Positions 38,113 through 48,233 of a stretch of 64,000 nucleotides of DNA are shown here, piece by piece. Positions within the stretch are counted from its first letter, which is position 1. Every line of letters starts with the position of its first letter. The position numbers and the translations under genes are program-made. This stretch comes from an uncultured Verrucomicrobiae bacterium (GTDB lineage: Bacteria > Verrucomicrobiota > Verrucomicrobiia > Limisphaerales > Palsa-1400): NCBI GenBank assembly GCA_963707025.1, contig CAVPOM010000018.1:352001-416000 (forward strand). Direction: 5' to 3'. The notes under the pieces were generated by a model. It was not told where the DNA came from, made no database searches, and saw only the letters and a program-made list of their open reading frames with translations.

Positions 38113-38826
38113 ATGAAATGCCTTGATTTAACCCTGCCCGGCGCGTCGGCCAATTTGGCGTGCGACGAGGCGTTGCTGGAGGCGTGCGAGGACAGCCCCG
38201 ATGCGGAGATGCTGCGTTTTTGGGAGCCGCGCCATTACTTCGTCGTGCTGGGTTACGCCAATCGGGCGGAGGCGGAAGTCAATCTGGCCGCGTGCCGGGA
38301 AGAGAAGGTGGGGATTTACCGGCGGTGCAGCGGCGGGGGCGCGGTGTTGCAGGGGCCGGGCTGCCTGAACTATGCGCTGATTTGCAATCTGGCCGCCCGT
38401 CCGGAGCTGCACAGCATCCCCGGCGCCAACGGCCATATCATGGCGCGGCAGCGCCAGGCCATGGCGGGCGTTTTGGGGCGGACGGTGCGGGTGGAAGGCA
38501 TCACGGATTTGGCGGTGGACGGCCGGAAATTTTCCGGCAACGCGCAACGGCGCAAACGGCAGGCGCTGATTTTTCACGGCACATTTCTGCTGCACTTCAA
38601 CCTGGCCATGATGGAAAAGTTCTTGCCCATGCCGTCGCGCCGGCCGGAGTACCGGCAGGAGCGGCCGCACGCGCAATTTCTGACCAACCTGGAGGTGCCG
38701 GCCGGGCTGATCAAAGGCGCCTTGCGGCAAGCCTGGTCGGCCGCCCAATCCTGCGAGCTGCCGCCGGTCATCCCGCCCCGCCTGGAGCAGAAATACGCGG
38801 CGGAGGAGTGGAACAGGAAGTTCTAG
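38113..38826 (+). CDS. Lipoate-protein ligase A family protein
   Basis: NLACDEALL, RRCSGGGAV, KFSGNAQ, HGTFL. Confidence 0.9.
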   Translation: MKCLDLTLPGASANLACDEALLEACEDSPDAEMLRFWEPRHYFVVLGYANRAEAEVNLAACREEKVGIYRRCSGGGAVLQGPGCLNYALICNLAARPELHSIPGANGHIMARQRQAMAGVLGRTVRVEGITDLAVDGRKFSGNAQRRKRQALIFHGTFLLHFNLAMMEKFLPMPSRRPEYRQERPHAQFLTNLEVPAGLIKGALRQAWSAAQSCELPPVIPPRLEQKYAAEEWNRKF

Positions 38827-38842
38827 TTGACGCTACAGTTGC

Positions 38843-38870
38843 TTGTCAAAACCTCCTGAATTGTTACGCT
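38843..38870 (+). promoter_or_regulatory. Putative sigma70 promoter of the tRNA gene
   Basis: TTGTCA, 16 nt, TACGCT with TG extended -10; 18 nt upstream of the tRNA. Confidence 0.55.
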
Positions 38871-38888
38871 GAACTCGAACGACGGCTC

Positions 38889-38964
38889 GCTTCCGCAGCT
38901 CAATTGGATGGAGCTACCGCCTCCCAAGCGGTAGATCCCGGTTCAATTCCGGGCGGGGGCGCCA
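38889..38964 (+). tRNA. tRNA with CCC anticodon (nominally Gly), atypical Arg-like body, CCA encoded
   Basis: Acceptor GCTTCCG/CGGGGGC, D stem GCTC/GAGC, anticodon stem ACCGC/GCGGT with loop CTCCCAA, T stem CCCGG/CCGGG with loop TTCAATT, G73-CCA; 76 nt. Confidence 0.88.
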
Positions 38965-39037
38965 TCTTTTTCCTGGTTTTCCGATGTCCGGTGGAAATAC
39001 GATTCGGGCCAACGGAAAACGCAGTTCGGAGAATACT

Positions 39038-41437
39038 ATGATTGCCGAAGAATTGAGGAAGACTTGTCCCGTCATGCCACGAGCGCTGCGAACTCAGGGT
39101 CTGAAAACCTCACTGGCCCATTCCAGCCCTGGTTCAGCTCGCTTATTCAGTTTGGCCGGCGGTTTCGCGCTGACGGTTGTTCGGGCTGTCGGCGTCCTGA
39201 TGTTGGCAGGGATGCCGGCGTTGAGAGCGGGAACGACCGTCGAGTGGAAAGGCGGCGCGGGCAATTGGGAAGAGGCAACGAGGTGGGGCGGAGCGCTGCC
39301 GTCGCGAACGTCTGAGGCGCGGATCAACGGCACGCCCGAGCAACCGAGCCAGGTGACGTTGTCCGCCACCGATGCGCTGCTGAGCCGGTTGGGTGTTGGC
39401 GATGGCGGCAACAGCCGGGCGTCGTTGGTCCTGGATGGTCCTTCCCTGGCGATTACTGCAGGCTGCGATGTCGGCAAATACGACGGCTCGGAAGGCCGCC
39501 TCTTGCTCAAGTCGGGACGTCTTTTTGTCAATACCATCTTCGTTTCCGGCGGCGGCGGCCCCGGGATGAGAGGACGGGGGGTTGTCGAAATTCAAAACGG
39601 CAGCATGGTCACCAAGTCCATCTTAATGGGGCTGTCTTCCGGCAGCCACTGCACGCTGCGGATGGTCGGTTCAAAAGCCTCGGGGGTGCTGGTGGAAGAC
39701 GGTTTACGCGTGGGCGTTTATAATTACTTGAGCCTGGAAAGCAATCCCCCGCCGAGCACGAGTGAATTGGATTTCGAGCTGGATGCCGATGGCGTCACAC
39801 CCGTCTTCACGTGGGGCAAGACCGAGGGGCGCGTTTATTTTCCTGTTCCCGATGGCAAAGGCAATGGCGTGGGAACATGCCAATTGCGAATCGGCCTGCT
39901 CGCCGCGCCGCCATCGGGCGACATTCTTCTGGTCGGTTCGGCCAACCCGTGCGAGGGCGGGTTCACCGGATTGGCAGGGGGCGCGCCGGTGCGGGCGGAG
40001 TTTGCGGGCAAAGCTTACGAGTGGACACTTACCTATCGAGGTGGCCCAAAGAAATGCGATATCCTGTTGACGAATGCGCGTGTCGCCGATGCCGGAGGCA
40101 GAATGACTCCTTACGTGACAGGAAAACCCGCAAAGACTTTCCGCATTGACCCGGCCCTTGTGCAATCCAGCTACCGGGAGTTTTACCGGCAGTGGGATGC
40201 GCAGTCACCTCCGCTGGGCAGCGGCACGTTGGCGTTTCCCGGAGCCGAAGGCTATGGAGCGTATTCTAAAGGCGGACGCGGCGGGAAAATCTTCATCGTA
40301 ACCAATCTCAGCGACTCCGGACCAGGCAGCCTGAGAGAAGCCATCGAGGCGAAGGGACCGCGCACGGTGGTTTTCGGAGTGGGCGGCATCATCGAGACGA
40401 CTGGCCTCGACGTTCGCGAACCATACCTCACCGTCGCCGGCCAGACGGCTCCCGGCGATGGAATTTGCATCAAGAAAGGCGCGGGCAACGCCAACGCATT
40501 CGATGTCTCGCGGACGCACGATGTGGTCCTGCGCTATCTGCGTTTTCGCGCCGGCAACAACACCGGCGACGTGCGCTGCGAATCCTTCCGCATCTCCGAC
40601 AGCGAGAATGTCATCGTTGACCACTGTTCGAGCAGCTGGGGCAATCCGGAAACATTCTCCGCCGCCGGGGCGGTGGACCGTTGCACGGTGCAATGGTGCA
40701 TCATGTCCGAAGGGAATAACGCCCAGGATCACGCCTTTTCAACCATCATAGCGGGAGACCGCAGCACGTGGCATCACAATCTATTCGCACACATGCGCAG
40801 TCGCGTTCCGCGCTGGGGAGACATCACGGTGCAATGCGACTTTCGTAATAATGTCATCTATGACTGGGGCAGTACTTGCGGTTATGGAGACATCCGCACC
40901 CTGGATTACGTCAGCAACTACCTTCGCGCAGGCCCCTCAACCACGCAACGTCCGCCGTACTTCATCATTGACCCGAAAGTCGCCCTGCCAGCCTCCTTAT
41001 ATTTGGACGGAAACATCATGACCGGAATGCCCAACGTCACCAGCGACAATTGGAAAGGTGTAAATGGACCACGAGTATTGCAAGCGTCGTCGCCGTTCTC
41101 CGCGCCCCCGGTGCGGACGCAATCGGCGCAGGAAGCCTTTGAACTGGTGCTTCAAAACGCCGGAGCGACTTTGCCCAAACGCGATGCTGTGGACGCGCGA
41201 GCCGTTTCCGATGCGCGCAACGGCACCGGCAAGATCATCAATAACGAGAGTGAGGTTGGCGGCTGGCCCGAATATAAGTCAGGCAATCCTCCGGTCTGTA
41301 GCGCCAACGACGGCATTCCGGATGAATGGAAGAAGGCGCACGCGCTCCCGTTGAACGATCTGAATGTGGCCAATGCGGTGAACGCCGAGGGATACACGGA
41401 GGTGGAGGTGTATTTGAATTCGCTGGTAGGAGATTGA
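39038..41437 (+). CDS. Pectate lyase-like (PL1-type) protein with N-terminal Gly-rich beta-repeat region
   Basis: LAFPGAEGYG, GGRGG..VTNL.DSGPGSLREA, AGQTAPGDG, IVDHCSSSW, HHNLFAH..SRVPR, DGIPDEW. Start uncertain. Confidence 0.85.
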   Translation: MIAEELRKTCPVMPRALRTQGLKTSLAHSSPGSARLFSLAGGFALTVVRAVGVLMLAGMPALRAGTTVEWKGGAGNWEEATRWGGALPSRTSEARINGTPEQPSQVTLSATDALLSRLGVGDGGNSRASLVLDGPSLAITAGCDVGKYDGSEGRLLLKSGRLFVNTIFVSGGGGPGMRGRGVVEIQNGSMVTKSILMGLSSGSHCTLRMVGSKASGVLVEDGLRVGVYNYLSLESNPPPSTSELDFELDADGVTPVFTWGKTEGRVYFPVPDGKGNGVGTCQLRIGLLAAPPSGDILLVGSANPCEGGFTGLAGGAPVRAEFAGKAYEWTLTYRGGPKKCDILLTNARVADAGGRMTPYVTGKPAKTFRIDPALVQSSYREFYRQWDAQSPPLGSGTLAFPGAEGYGAYSKGGRGGKIFIVTNLSDSGPGSLREAIEAKGPRTVVFGVGGIIETTGLDVREPYLTVAGQTAPGDGICIKKGAGNANAFDVSRTHDVVLRYLRFRAGNNTGDVRCESFRISDSENVIVDHCSSSWGNPETFSAAGAVDRCTVQWCIMSEGNNAQDHAFSTIIAGDRSTWHHNLFAHMRSRVPRWGDITVQCDFRNNVIYDWGSTCGYGDIRTLDYVSNYLRAGPSTTQRPPYFIIDPKVALPASLYLDGNIMTGMPNVTSDNWKGVNGPRVLQASSPFSAPPVRTQSAQEAFELVLQNAGATLPKRDAVDARAVSDARNGTGKIINNESEVGGWPEYKSGNPPVCSANDGIPDEWKKAHALPLNDLNVANAVNAEGYTEVEVYLNSLVGD

Positions 41438-41799
41438 GCCTCGGCTTAATGCGCTCGGTGCTTGAATTCAACTGTCCTTCCCTCGTTCGTGTAACAGCAA
41501 GGCTCTCCACATGCCCCGACACCAATTGGGTCATCTCCAACATGCGGACTTGTTTTTTCGGACATCACTTATGATAATCGAAGAACTGATGGCTATTTTA
41601 TACCTCATCATGAACTAATAAGGGGGAAGGAGCTGGTTATTAGCACCAAGTAGCGTATTCGATGAGCAGGGCAGACTTTGCCTGAATGAGAGGATCATGA
41701 CAGCTTCTGGATGGATAGGCTTGTGCCACAGGAAATGATGGCACAACAGTTATGAAATGGCACCAGCAGGGACATCATGCAAACCTTGCGACGGCCATG

Positions 41800-41915
41800 T
41801 TTTGCCCAAAACCTCCTGGAGGAAGGCCCCGCCTCCGCCTTCTTCGATGCTCCCGGCCCGGCCACGTTGAGCACCTTGATGCCGTGATCCTGGATAAAAC
41901 GGCGCAGTTCGATTT
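41800..41915 (-). pseudogene. Remnant of putative molybdenum-carrier / SLOG-family gene
   Basis: LRRFIQDHGIKVLNVAGPGASK resembles the LNVAGPRxS motif; surrounding sequence non-coding. Confidence 0.45.
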
Positions 41916-41988
41916 CAGGGGATAATTGCCTGAGAATGACCTGTTTTGTCATTGACTGCAAATCCCTGCCTGCCTTACAAATTCCGCC

Positions 41989-42366
41989 ATGACAAATATC
42001 ACAAGTTTAACCTCAACCCAACTCAACCAAATTATCGCCATCAAGCAGAAGATTGAGGCTCTCCAAGGCCAAATCGAATCAATCGCTGGTGGCGGAGGCG
42101 AAATTCCAATCCCGTCAGCCGAAGAGGCGGCCGCTCCCGCCAGGCGCAAATATCACATGACCGCCGCCCACAAGCGTAAACTCATTAAAGCCCTGGTGCG
42201 GGCGCGGAAAATACGCTGGGCAAAGGTCAAAGGGAAGGCGAAGGGCAACTCAAAGCCGGCCAGGATGAAATATCGGCGCGCCAGTCCGGCGTTGAGGGCC
42301 AAACTCTCTGCCGCAGCCAAAGCGAGATGGGCCAGGGTGAAGGCGGAAGGGAAGAAGACGCTTTAG
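41989..42366 (+). CDS. Small basic protein, putative DNA-binding
   Basis: N-terminal heptad segment, Gly/Pro/Ala linker, two Lys/Arg-rich repeats ending RWAKVK / RWARVK. Confidence 0.75.
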   Translation: MTNITSLTSTQLNQIIAIKQKIEALQGQIESIAGGGGEIPIPSAEEAAAPARRKYHMTAAHKRKLIKALVRARKIRWAKVKGKAKGNSKPARMKYRRASPALRAKLSAAAKARWARVKAEGKKTL

Positions 42367-42452
42367 CCGAAATCAAGGACGAGTTGGATGCTGGCCGGCC
42401 ATGATGTGCAGCACAGGCGGGAGGAATTACTGTAGAGGAAGTTCCAGCGGGG

Positions 42453-42486
42453 CAAGAGAACGGGCGGAACCCGATGGATTCCGCCC
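42453..42486 (-). terminator. Probable intrinsic terminator between converging genes
   Basis: GGGCGGAA...TTCCGCCC hairpin followed on the minus strand by GTTCTCTT. Confidence 0.5.
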
Positions 42487-42533
42487 TGGCATTTCCGCGA
42501 AATGTGATTCGGGAAAAGTTGGCTCGCGAAGGA

Positions 42534-42866
42534 TTATCGCGAATACTGACGGCCGCGTCCGCCGCCGCCGCCGCCGCCGTAACCGCCGCGGGAACCGCCG
42601 CCGCCGCCGGAACGCTCTTCGCGGGGACGGGCTTCGTTGACGGTCAGATCACGGCCCTGGATGTTCTTGCCATTGACCTGGGCGATGGCGGCCTGGGCGC
42701 CTTCCGGGGTGGCCATGGTGACAAAGGCGAAGCCGCGGGGACGGTTGGTGGAACGATCCATCACCAGGTTGACTTCCGAGACGGGGCCGCAGGCGGCAAA
42801 AAGGTCCTGCAAGTCGTTTTCGGTGGTGTCAAATGAAAGGTTCCCGACATATAGTTTGGTATTCAT
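42534..42866 (-). CDS. RRM RNA-binding protein with Gly-rich tail
   Basis: KLYVGNL (RNP2), RGFAFVTM (RNP1), VNEARPRE. Confidence 0.95.
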   Translation of the reverse strand: MNTKLYVGNLSFDTTENDLQDLFAACGPVSEVNLVMDRSTNRPRGFAFVTMATPEGAQAAIAQVNGKNIQGRDLTVNEARPREERSGGGGGSRGGYGGGGGGGRGRQYSR

Positions 42867-43203
42867 ACTTCTAATTTCAATTACTTTACTTCAGATAGAT
42901 TAAGATTACTGCGCTTCCAACGGTTCCCGACGATCGGGTCTCAATCACCACTGAACAAAGTTCACTTGGAGAATTCCCATAGCGGATTCGTAGAATGATC
43001 TAATCTGCCCATCAACATGACAGATGGCGGGCCGAATGCAAGCAAAAAATTGACCCGAATGGGATGGCCGCGCATAACACGCTCCGCGCCAATGGCTTGC
43101 GCGCGAATTAAAGGCGGCTGAAATCAGCCCCGGCCGGCTGCGCTCACACTCTTTATTGATTCTCCTGCTGACAAAGGGAGGGGGGAGCGGGTAGTTTGGG
43201 GGC

Positions 43204-44052
43204 ATGGCGCAACTAATCACATTGGGACATTCGCCAGACCCGGATGACGCCTTCATGTTTTACGGGCTGGCCAGGGAGTTGATTCCGAGGCACGGGCTGG
43301 AGTTCCAGCTTATTCTCCAGGACATCCAAACCTTGAATGAGCGGGCGACGCGCGGGGAACTGGATGTTTCGGCCATCAGCTTTCACGCCTACGCTTACGT
43401 CAGCGGGCAATACGCCCTGCTGCCCAGCGGGGCCAGCATGGGGGACGGCTACGGGCCCCTGCTGGTGGCGCGACGCGCGTTGGGGAAGACGGAACTGGCC
43501 GGCAAAAAGATCGCCGTGCCCGGCACGATGACGAGCGCGTTCCTGGCCCTGCAGCTCTGGCTGGAACGTCCGGCGGCCGGGCTGAATTATGTGGTGGTGC
43601 CGTTCGACCAGATTTTTCAGGCGGTGCGCAGCGGCCAGGCGGAGGCCGGGCTGATCATCCACGAGGGCCAGTTGACTTACCAGAGCCAGGGGCTGGAGTT
43701 GTGCCAGGATTTAGGGGCGTGGTGGAAGGAGGCGCAGGAGGGGCTGCCCTTGCCGCTGGGGGGCAACGTGGTGCATAAGCGGCTGGAGCCGGCGACGCGG
43801 CGGGTCATCGCGGAGATTTTAAAGGCCAGCATCCAATTCGGCCTGGAACACCGGGCCGAAGCGGTCGGGCACGCCTTGCCCTACGCGCGGGACATGGGCC
43901 GGGAGCGGGCGGAGCAGTTTGTCGGGATGTATGTCAATCATTGGACGCTGGATTACGGGGAGAAAGGGCGGGAGGCGATCCGGCGGTTTCTGCGTCTGGC
44001 GCACGAGCGGGGGCTGGTGCCGCGGGCGCCGGAGCCGGAGTTCGTGGTTTAA
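43204..44052 (+). CDS. mqnD: 1,4-dihydroxy-6-naphthoate synthase (futalosine pathway)
   Basis: GHSPDPDDAFMFY, DIQTLN, GASMGDGYGP, IIHEGQLTY, LPLPLG, MYVN. Confidence 0.88.
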   Translation: MAQLITLGHSPDPDDAFMFYGLARELIPRHGLEFQLILQDIQTLNERATRGELDVSAISFHAYAYVSGQYALLPSGASMGDGYGPLLVARRALGKTELAGKKIAVPGTMTSAFLALQLWLERPAAGLNYVVVPFDQIFQAVRSGQAEAGLIIHEGQLTYQSQGLELCQDLGAWWKEAQEGLPLPLGGNVVHKRLEPATRRVIAEILKASIQFGLEHRAEAVGHALPYARDMGRERAEQFVGMYVNHWTLDYGEKGREAIRRFLRLAHERGLVPRAPEPEFVV

Positions 44053-44065
44053 AGCCGGCGCGGCG

Positions 44066-44569
44066 TCAGGTTTCCCCGGGCAGGCTCCGGGCCGCCAGGG
44101 CCTGGAGCGCCTGGCCGGTCAGCCGATGCACCGTCCAATCCGCCATCGGCAGCGCGCCCAGGGAATGGTAGAAGTCAAGCGAAGGTTTGTTCCAATCCAG
44201 CACCCACCATTCAAACCGTCCGCAATCCCGCTGCCGGGCCAGGCGCGCCAGATATATCATCAGCGCCTTGCCGCAGCCCCGTCCCCGAAACCGCGGACGC
44301 ACATACAAATCCTCCAGGTAAATCCCCGGCTTGCCCACGAAGGTGGAGAAATTATGGAAAAAAACGGCAAACCCGGCCGCCTCCCGCCCCAGGCGCGCCA
44401 GAATGACTTCGGCGGTGGGACGCCGGCCAAAAAGATGGCGCCGCAGCAACTTTTCCGTGGCGGTGACTTCATGGGCCAGCTTTTCGTAGGCGGCCAATTC
44501 GCGGATGAACTGCAGGATCAGCGGCACATCAGCCGGCCTGGCGGCGCGGATGCTAATTTTTCCTTTCAT
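44066..44569 (-). CDS. GNAT N-acetyltransferase (diamine acetyltransferase-like)
   Basis: IRELAAYEK, NFSTF, YLEDLYV, RGRGCGK, VLDWN, FY..LGA. Confidence 0.92.
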   Translation of the reverse strand: MKGKISIRAARPADVPLILQFIRELAAYEKLAHEVTATEKLLRRHLFGRRPTAEVILARLGREAAGFAVFFHNFSTFVGKPGIYLEDLYVRPRFRGRGCGKALMIYLARLARQRDCGRFEWWVLDWNKPSLDFYHSLGALPMADWTVHRLTGQALQALAARSLPGET

Positions 44570-44869
44570 GACTTGGGACGACTTGATTGAGAATTTGTCA
44601 TGGAAGATTTGTTATTGGTTATCGGAAGACGTTGTAAATGACAAATGACCAATTCGCAATGACCAGTTTTCAATCGTTTGCATCGCTTAAACCCTGCCCG
44701 GGTCAGAGCAGCGCCAAAACAAGTGAAATGGGCCCCTTGGCGGGACCAAGCCGCAAAAAACTCTTGCAAATTCCGGCCCGCCGGTTCAAGTTAGTGCCGT
44801 GCTGGTTTTGGGATGACAATTTCTTGAATCAAAGGAGAATGGCGCCGTTAATCGCGCCCGCTAATTTGC

Positions 44870-47800
44870 ATGAGAATGACTGCCGTTCTGCGGAGGATGA
44901 TGAGGCCGGCTGGTTGGCCGCTGTTGCCTGTTTTTGCGGCGGCCCTGGTCCGCCGCCGCCGTCTGGCGCTGCTGGCCGCGGCCGTGGTGCTGCCCTGCCT
45001 GTCCAGCCGTGCGGCGGCCGGATCGGGGGTCACGCTGGTTCACACTTTTTCCGCGCCCGAGTTGGCCTTCCCTTCGCCCGTAATGACCGCCGACGGGGCC
45101 AGTCCGGGAGCCAGGATGATCCTCGGCAACGGCGGGACCTTATATGGAACCACCACCACCGGCGGCCTCTATGGGGCGGGCATAATTTTTAGCCTGTCCA
45201 CGTCCGGCAATTTGACGGATTTATACGATTTCCAGGGAATCGTGGACAGCGACGGCCTGGCATATTACGACCTCGGCTTGAACGAACTGACGCCCGGGCC
45301 CCGGAACTTCTTCTATGGCACAACCCAGCGCGGCGGGACCAACCGCAATGGCACCGTCTTTGAGATGGCGACCTCAGGACAAGAACTGGACCTTTATGTT
45401 TTCAGCGCGGAAGGGACCAATGCTTCCGGCAATATTTCCGGTTCCAACCCCGACGGCATGATTCCGACCGGCGCCCTGGTGGAGGGGACGAACGGCATTT
45501 TTTACGGGACGACCCAATACGGCGGGGCCAACGGCACCGGGACGATCTTTCAAATCACGCCCAACGGGGCCTTCACCAGCGTCTATTCGTTCAGCGCCTT
45601 GGGCGGCGCTAACTTCGACGCCAATGCCGACGGCGCCACGCCCAACAGTCTGACGCTGGGAACGGATGGCAATTTCTACGGCACCACCCAGGCGGGCGGC
45701 GCCAATGGATGGGGCACGTTTTTTCAGTTCACCACCGCCGGCGCGCTCACCCCGCTTTATTCCTTTGCCGCCACGGACAGTGATGCCGCCTCCCCGCAAG
45801 CCGCCCTGGTGCAGGGCGCCAATGGCAGTTTTTATGGCACGAGCACCTTCGGCGGTTCCGGTCTGAGCGGGACAATTTTTGCAATGACACCCTCCGGAGC
45901 GGAGAAGGTGCTTTATTCCTTTTCGGGCGGCAACGACGGCGGGCTTCCCAACGCCGCGCTGACCCTGGGATCGGACGGCAATTTCTATGGCACCACTGCC
46001 GGCGCGGGCGTGAACGGCAACGGCACGCTTTTTAAAATCTCCCCGGCGGGCGCGTTCAGCTCCATCTATTCCTTCGCGGCGTTGAATGCGAATTCTGAGA
46101 ATCCAATCGGGGCAAATCCATCCGCCGCCCTGACCCAGGGCCGGGATGGCAATTTGTACCGGCAGTTGCCTGGCCGGCGGCGCCAATGGCACCGGCACGA
46201 TCTTTTCTTACACCAATGCCGCTTTTGCCTCCCCTTACCAGCCGCCCTCGATCACAGCCCAGCCTCCGGCCAAATTGAGCGGGGTGGCCGGGATGTGGGT
46301 CACGTTGAACGTGGCGGCCAAAGGGGCACCGCCGTTGGGCTATCAATGGTTGGAGAATAAAACCAACCTGTTGAGCGACGGCGGCGACATCGCCGGTTCG
46401 GCGACCAGCGCCCTGGTCGTCGGCCCTCTCCAGGCCGGCGATGCCGGAAGCTATGCGGTGATCGTCACCAATGATTACGGCGCGACCAACAGTGCGACCG
46501 CGATTTTGACGGTGACGCCCGACACCAAGCCGCCCACCGTGGCCATCGCCTCGCCGGTGGCCAAGGCACGCACCAATGCGCCCGTCTTCAACGGAACCGC
46601 CTCGGACAACTCCCGGGTCACCAATGTGGCCTGGTGGCTGACCAATCTTAATGGCGGCCCAGTCCTGAGCAACACGGCCGCGCTGACGCGCGGGGGGTCC
46701 AACTGGTCCATCGCCGTGACGCCATTTCCCGGCACCAATGTTTTGGCGGTGCAAAGCGTGGATTCGTCGGGGCTGAAATCAAAAACCGCCGTCCAGACTT
46801 TCTTTTACAAAGTGACCAACTCATTGGGCCTCTGGGCGGGCGGCGACGGCCTCGGCTCCTTCAGCAGCCCGGCGGCTTCGGTGAAAAACGACCCGGTCCC
46901 GGCCAATGGCGCGGTCTTGAATATTGGGGAGGGGTATTCGATCACGGCGGTGGCGGACAAAAATTCCCTGTTCAGCAACTGGGTCGGCTCCTCGGACCTG
47001 GCCGGCTTCACCAACACCGGCGCCGTTTTGCACTTTGTCATGCAATCCAACCTGGTGTTGACAGCCAATTTCGCCACCAATTTCTTCCTGGCCGCGCACG
47101 GAACCTACAACGGCCTTTTCTTCAACACCAACGCCGTCGCGGCGGAATCCTCCGGCATGCTCAGGAGCCTGTTGCTGGGGACCAACGGCACCTTCAGCGG
47201 ACATTTGTTGAAAGCGGGAACGACTTACACTCTCACGGGCCGCTTCGATGTTTCCGGGCGCTTCTCTGCCAGCTTCGGCCCCGCCTCCGCGCCCGGCGGG
47301 GTCTTGCAGGCCAACTGGACGGTGGACCGGGTGGCGCAGCAAATCGTGGGGACGGTTTCCAACACCCAATGGAATGCCAATTTGACGGCGGAGCTGGCCG
47401 GAACCAATCTGCCCTCAGCGGAGTACACCCTGCTGCTGGCGCCATCCGCCAGCGCGCCCGCCAATACGCCGCCGGGCGACGGCTATGCCGCGGTCACCAA
47501 TCACCTCGGCAACGTAACCTTCCTCGGCCATCTGGCTGACGGAGCCTCGATCACTCCCTCCGCGGCTGAATCCCAGAACGGGGATCTGCCGGTCTATGCC
47601 AGCCTCTACGGAAACACCGGGCTGCTGCTGGGTTGGATCAACCTGGCCAATCTGGAGGCCGCTCCGCCGGGCAACACGCTGGCTTGGATTAAGAAGGCAT
47701 CGCGCAGCTACCCTCCTTACACCAACGGGTTCACCAATACCTTGATCGTGCAGGGCGCGCCTTGGACCAATCCGCCGGCCAAAACGCCCGCCATCGCCTT

Positions 47801-48080
47801 GTCGGCAGGGCAGTTGGTCATTTCCAACGCCAACCTTTTCCTCCTCTTTACCAACGTGTCGGTCAGCACCAGCAACACCCTGGTCAAAGTTGGCGCTCAG
47901 CCGACCAATTCATTGACAGGTTCGATTGCGCCCAAGACCGGCCTGCTGACCTTGGCCTTTGGCAACGGCAAGACCACCACGCCGGGATTGGGCGCCGTCT
48001 TGCAGAATCAGACCAATGGCGGGGGATTTTTCCTTGGAACGACCAACGCCGGCATCATTTCCCTCCTGCCGCCGCAGTAA
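44870..48080 (+). CDS. Large exported protein with GloVer-type tandem repeats and Ig-like domains; one gene split by a +1 frameshift at 46159-46160
   Basis: Repeats L..G.DGNFYGTT..GG....GT.F.I...G....LYSF; the last repeat NLY|GSCLAGGANGTGTIF spans the two ORFs and is restored by removing one C from TACCGGC. Confidence 0.85.
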
Positions 48081-48233
48081 GACACAGGCCATTCCATACC
48101 GCCCGGGTGGAATCCCGATCCAATTCGGACTCGTCCCGCCAGGCCACTGGCCCGAAAGAAGTTCCGGCTTCGCCCCAATTCGCAGATTGCCCTCTTTGTT
48201 GAGGCCGATACACTCGGCGCTGTCCGCCATGTT

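Noticed and set aside
38889..38964. Genome-wide GGG-to-Arg reassignment
   Set aside because: GGG occurs at conserved glycine positions, e.g. the rfbF GGLGT motif.
38965..42400. tRNA-anchored genomic island
   Set aside because: No integrase and no duplicated tRNA 3' end found by eye.
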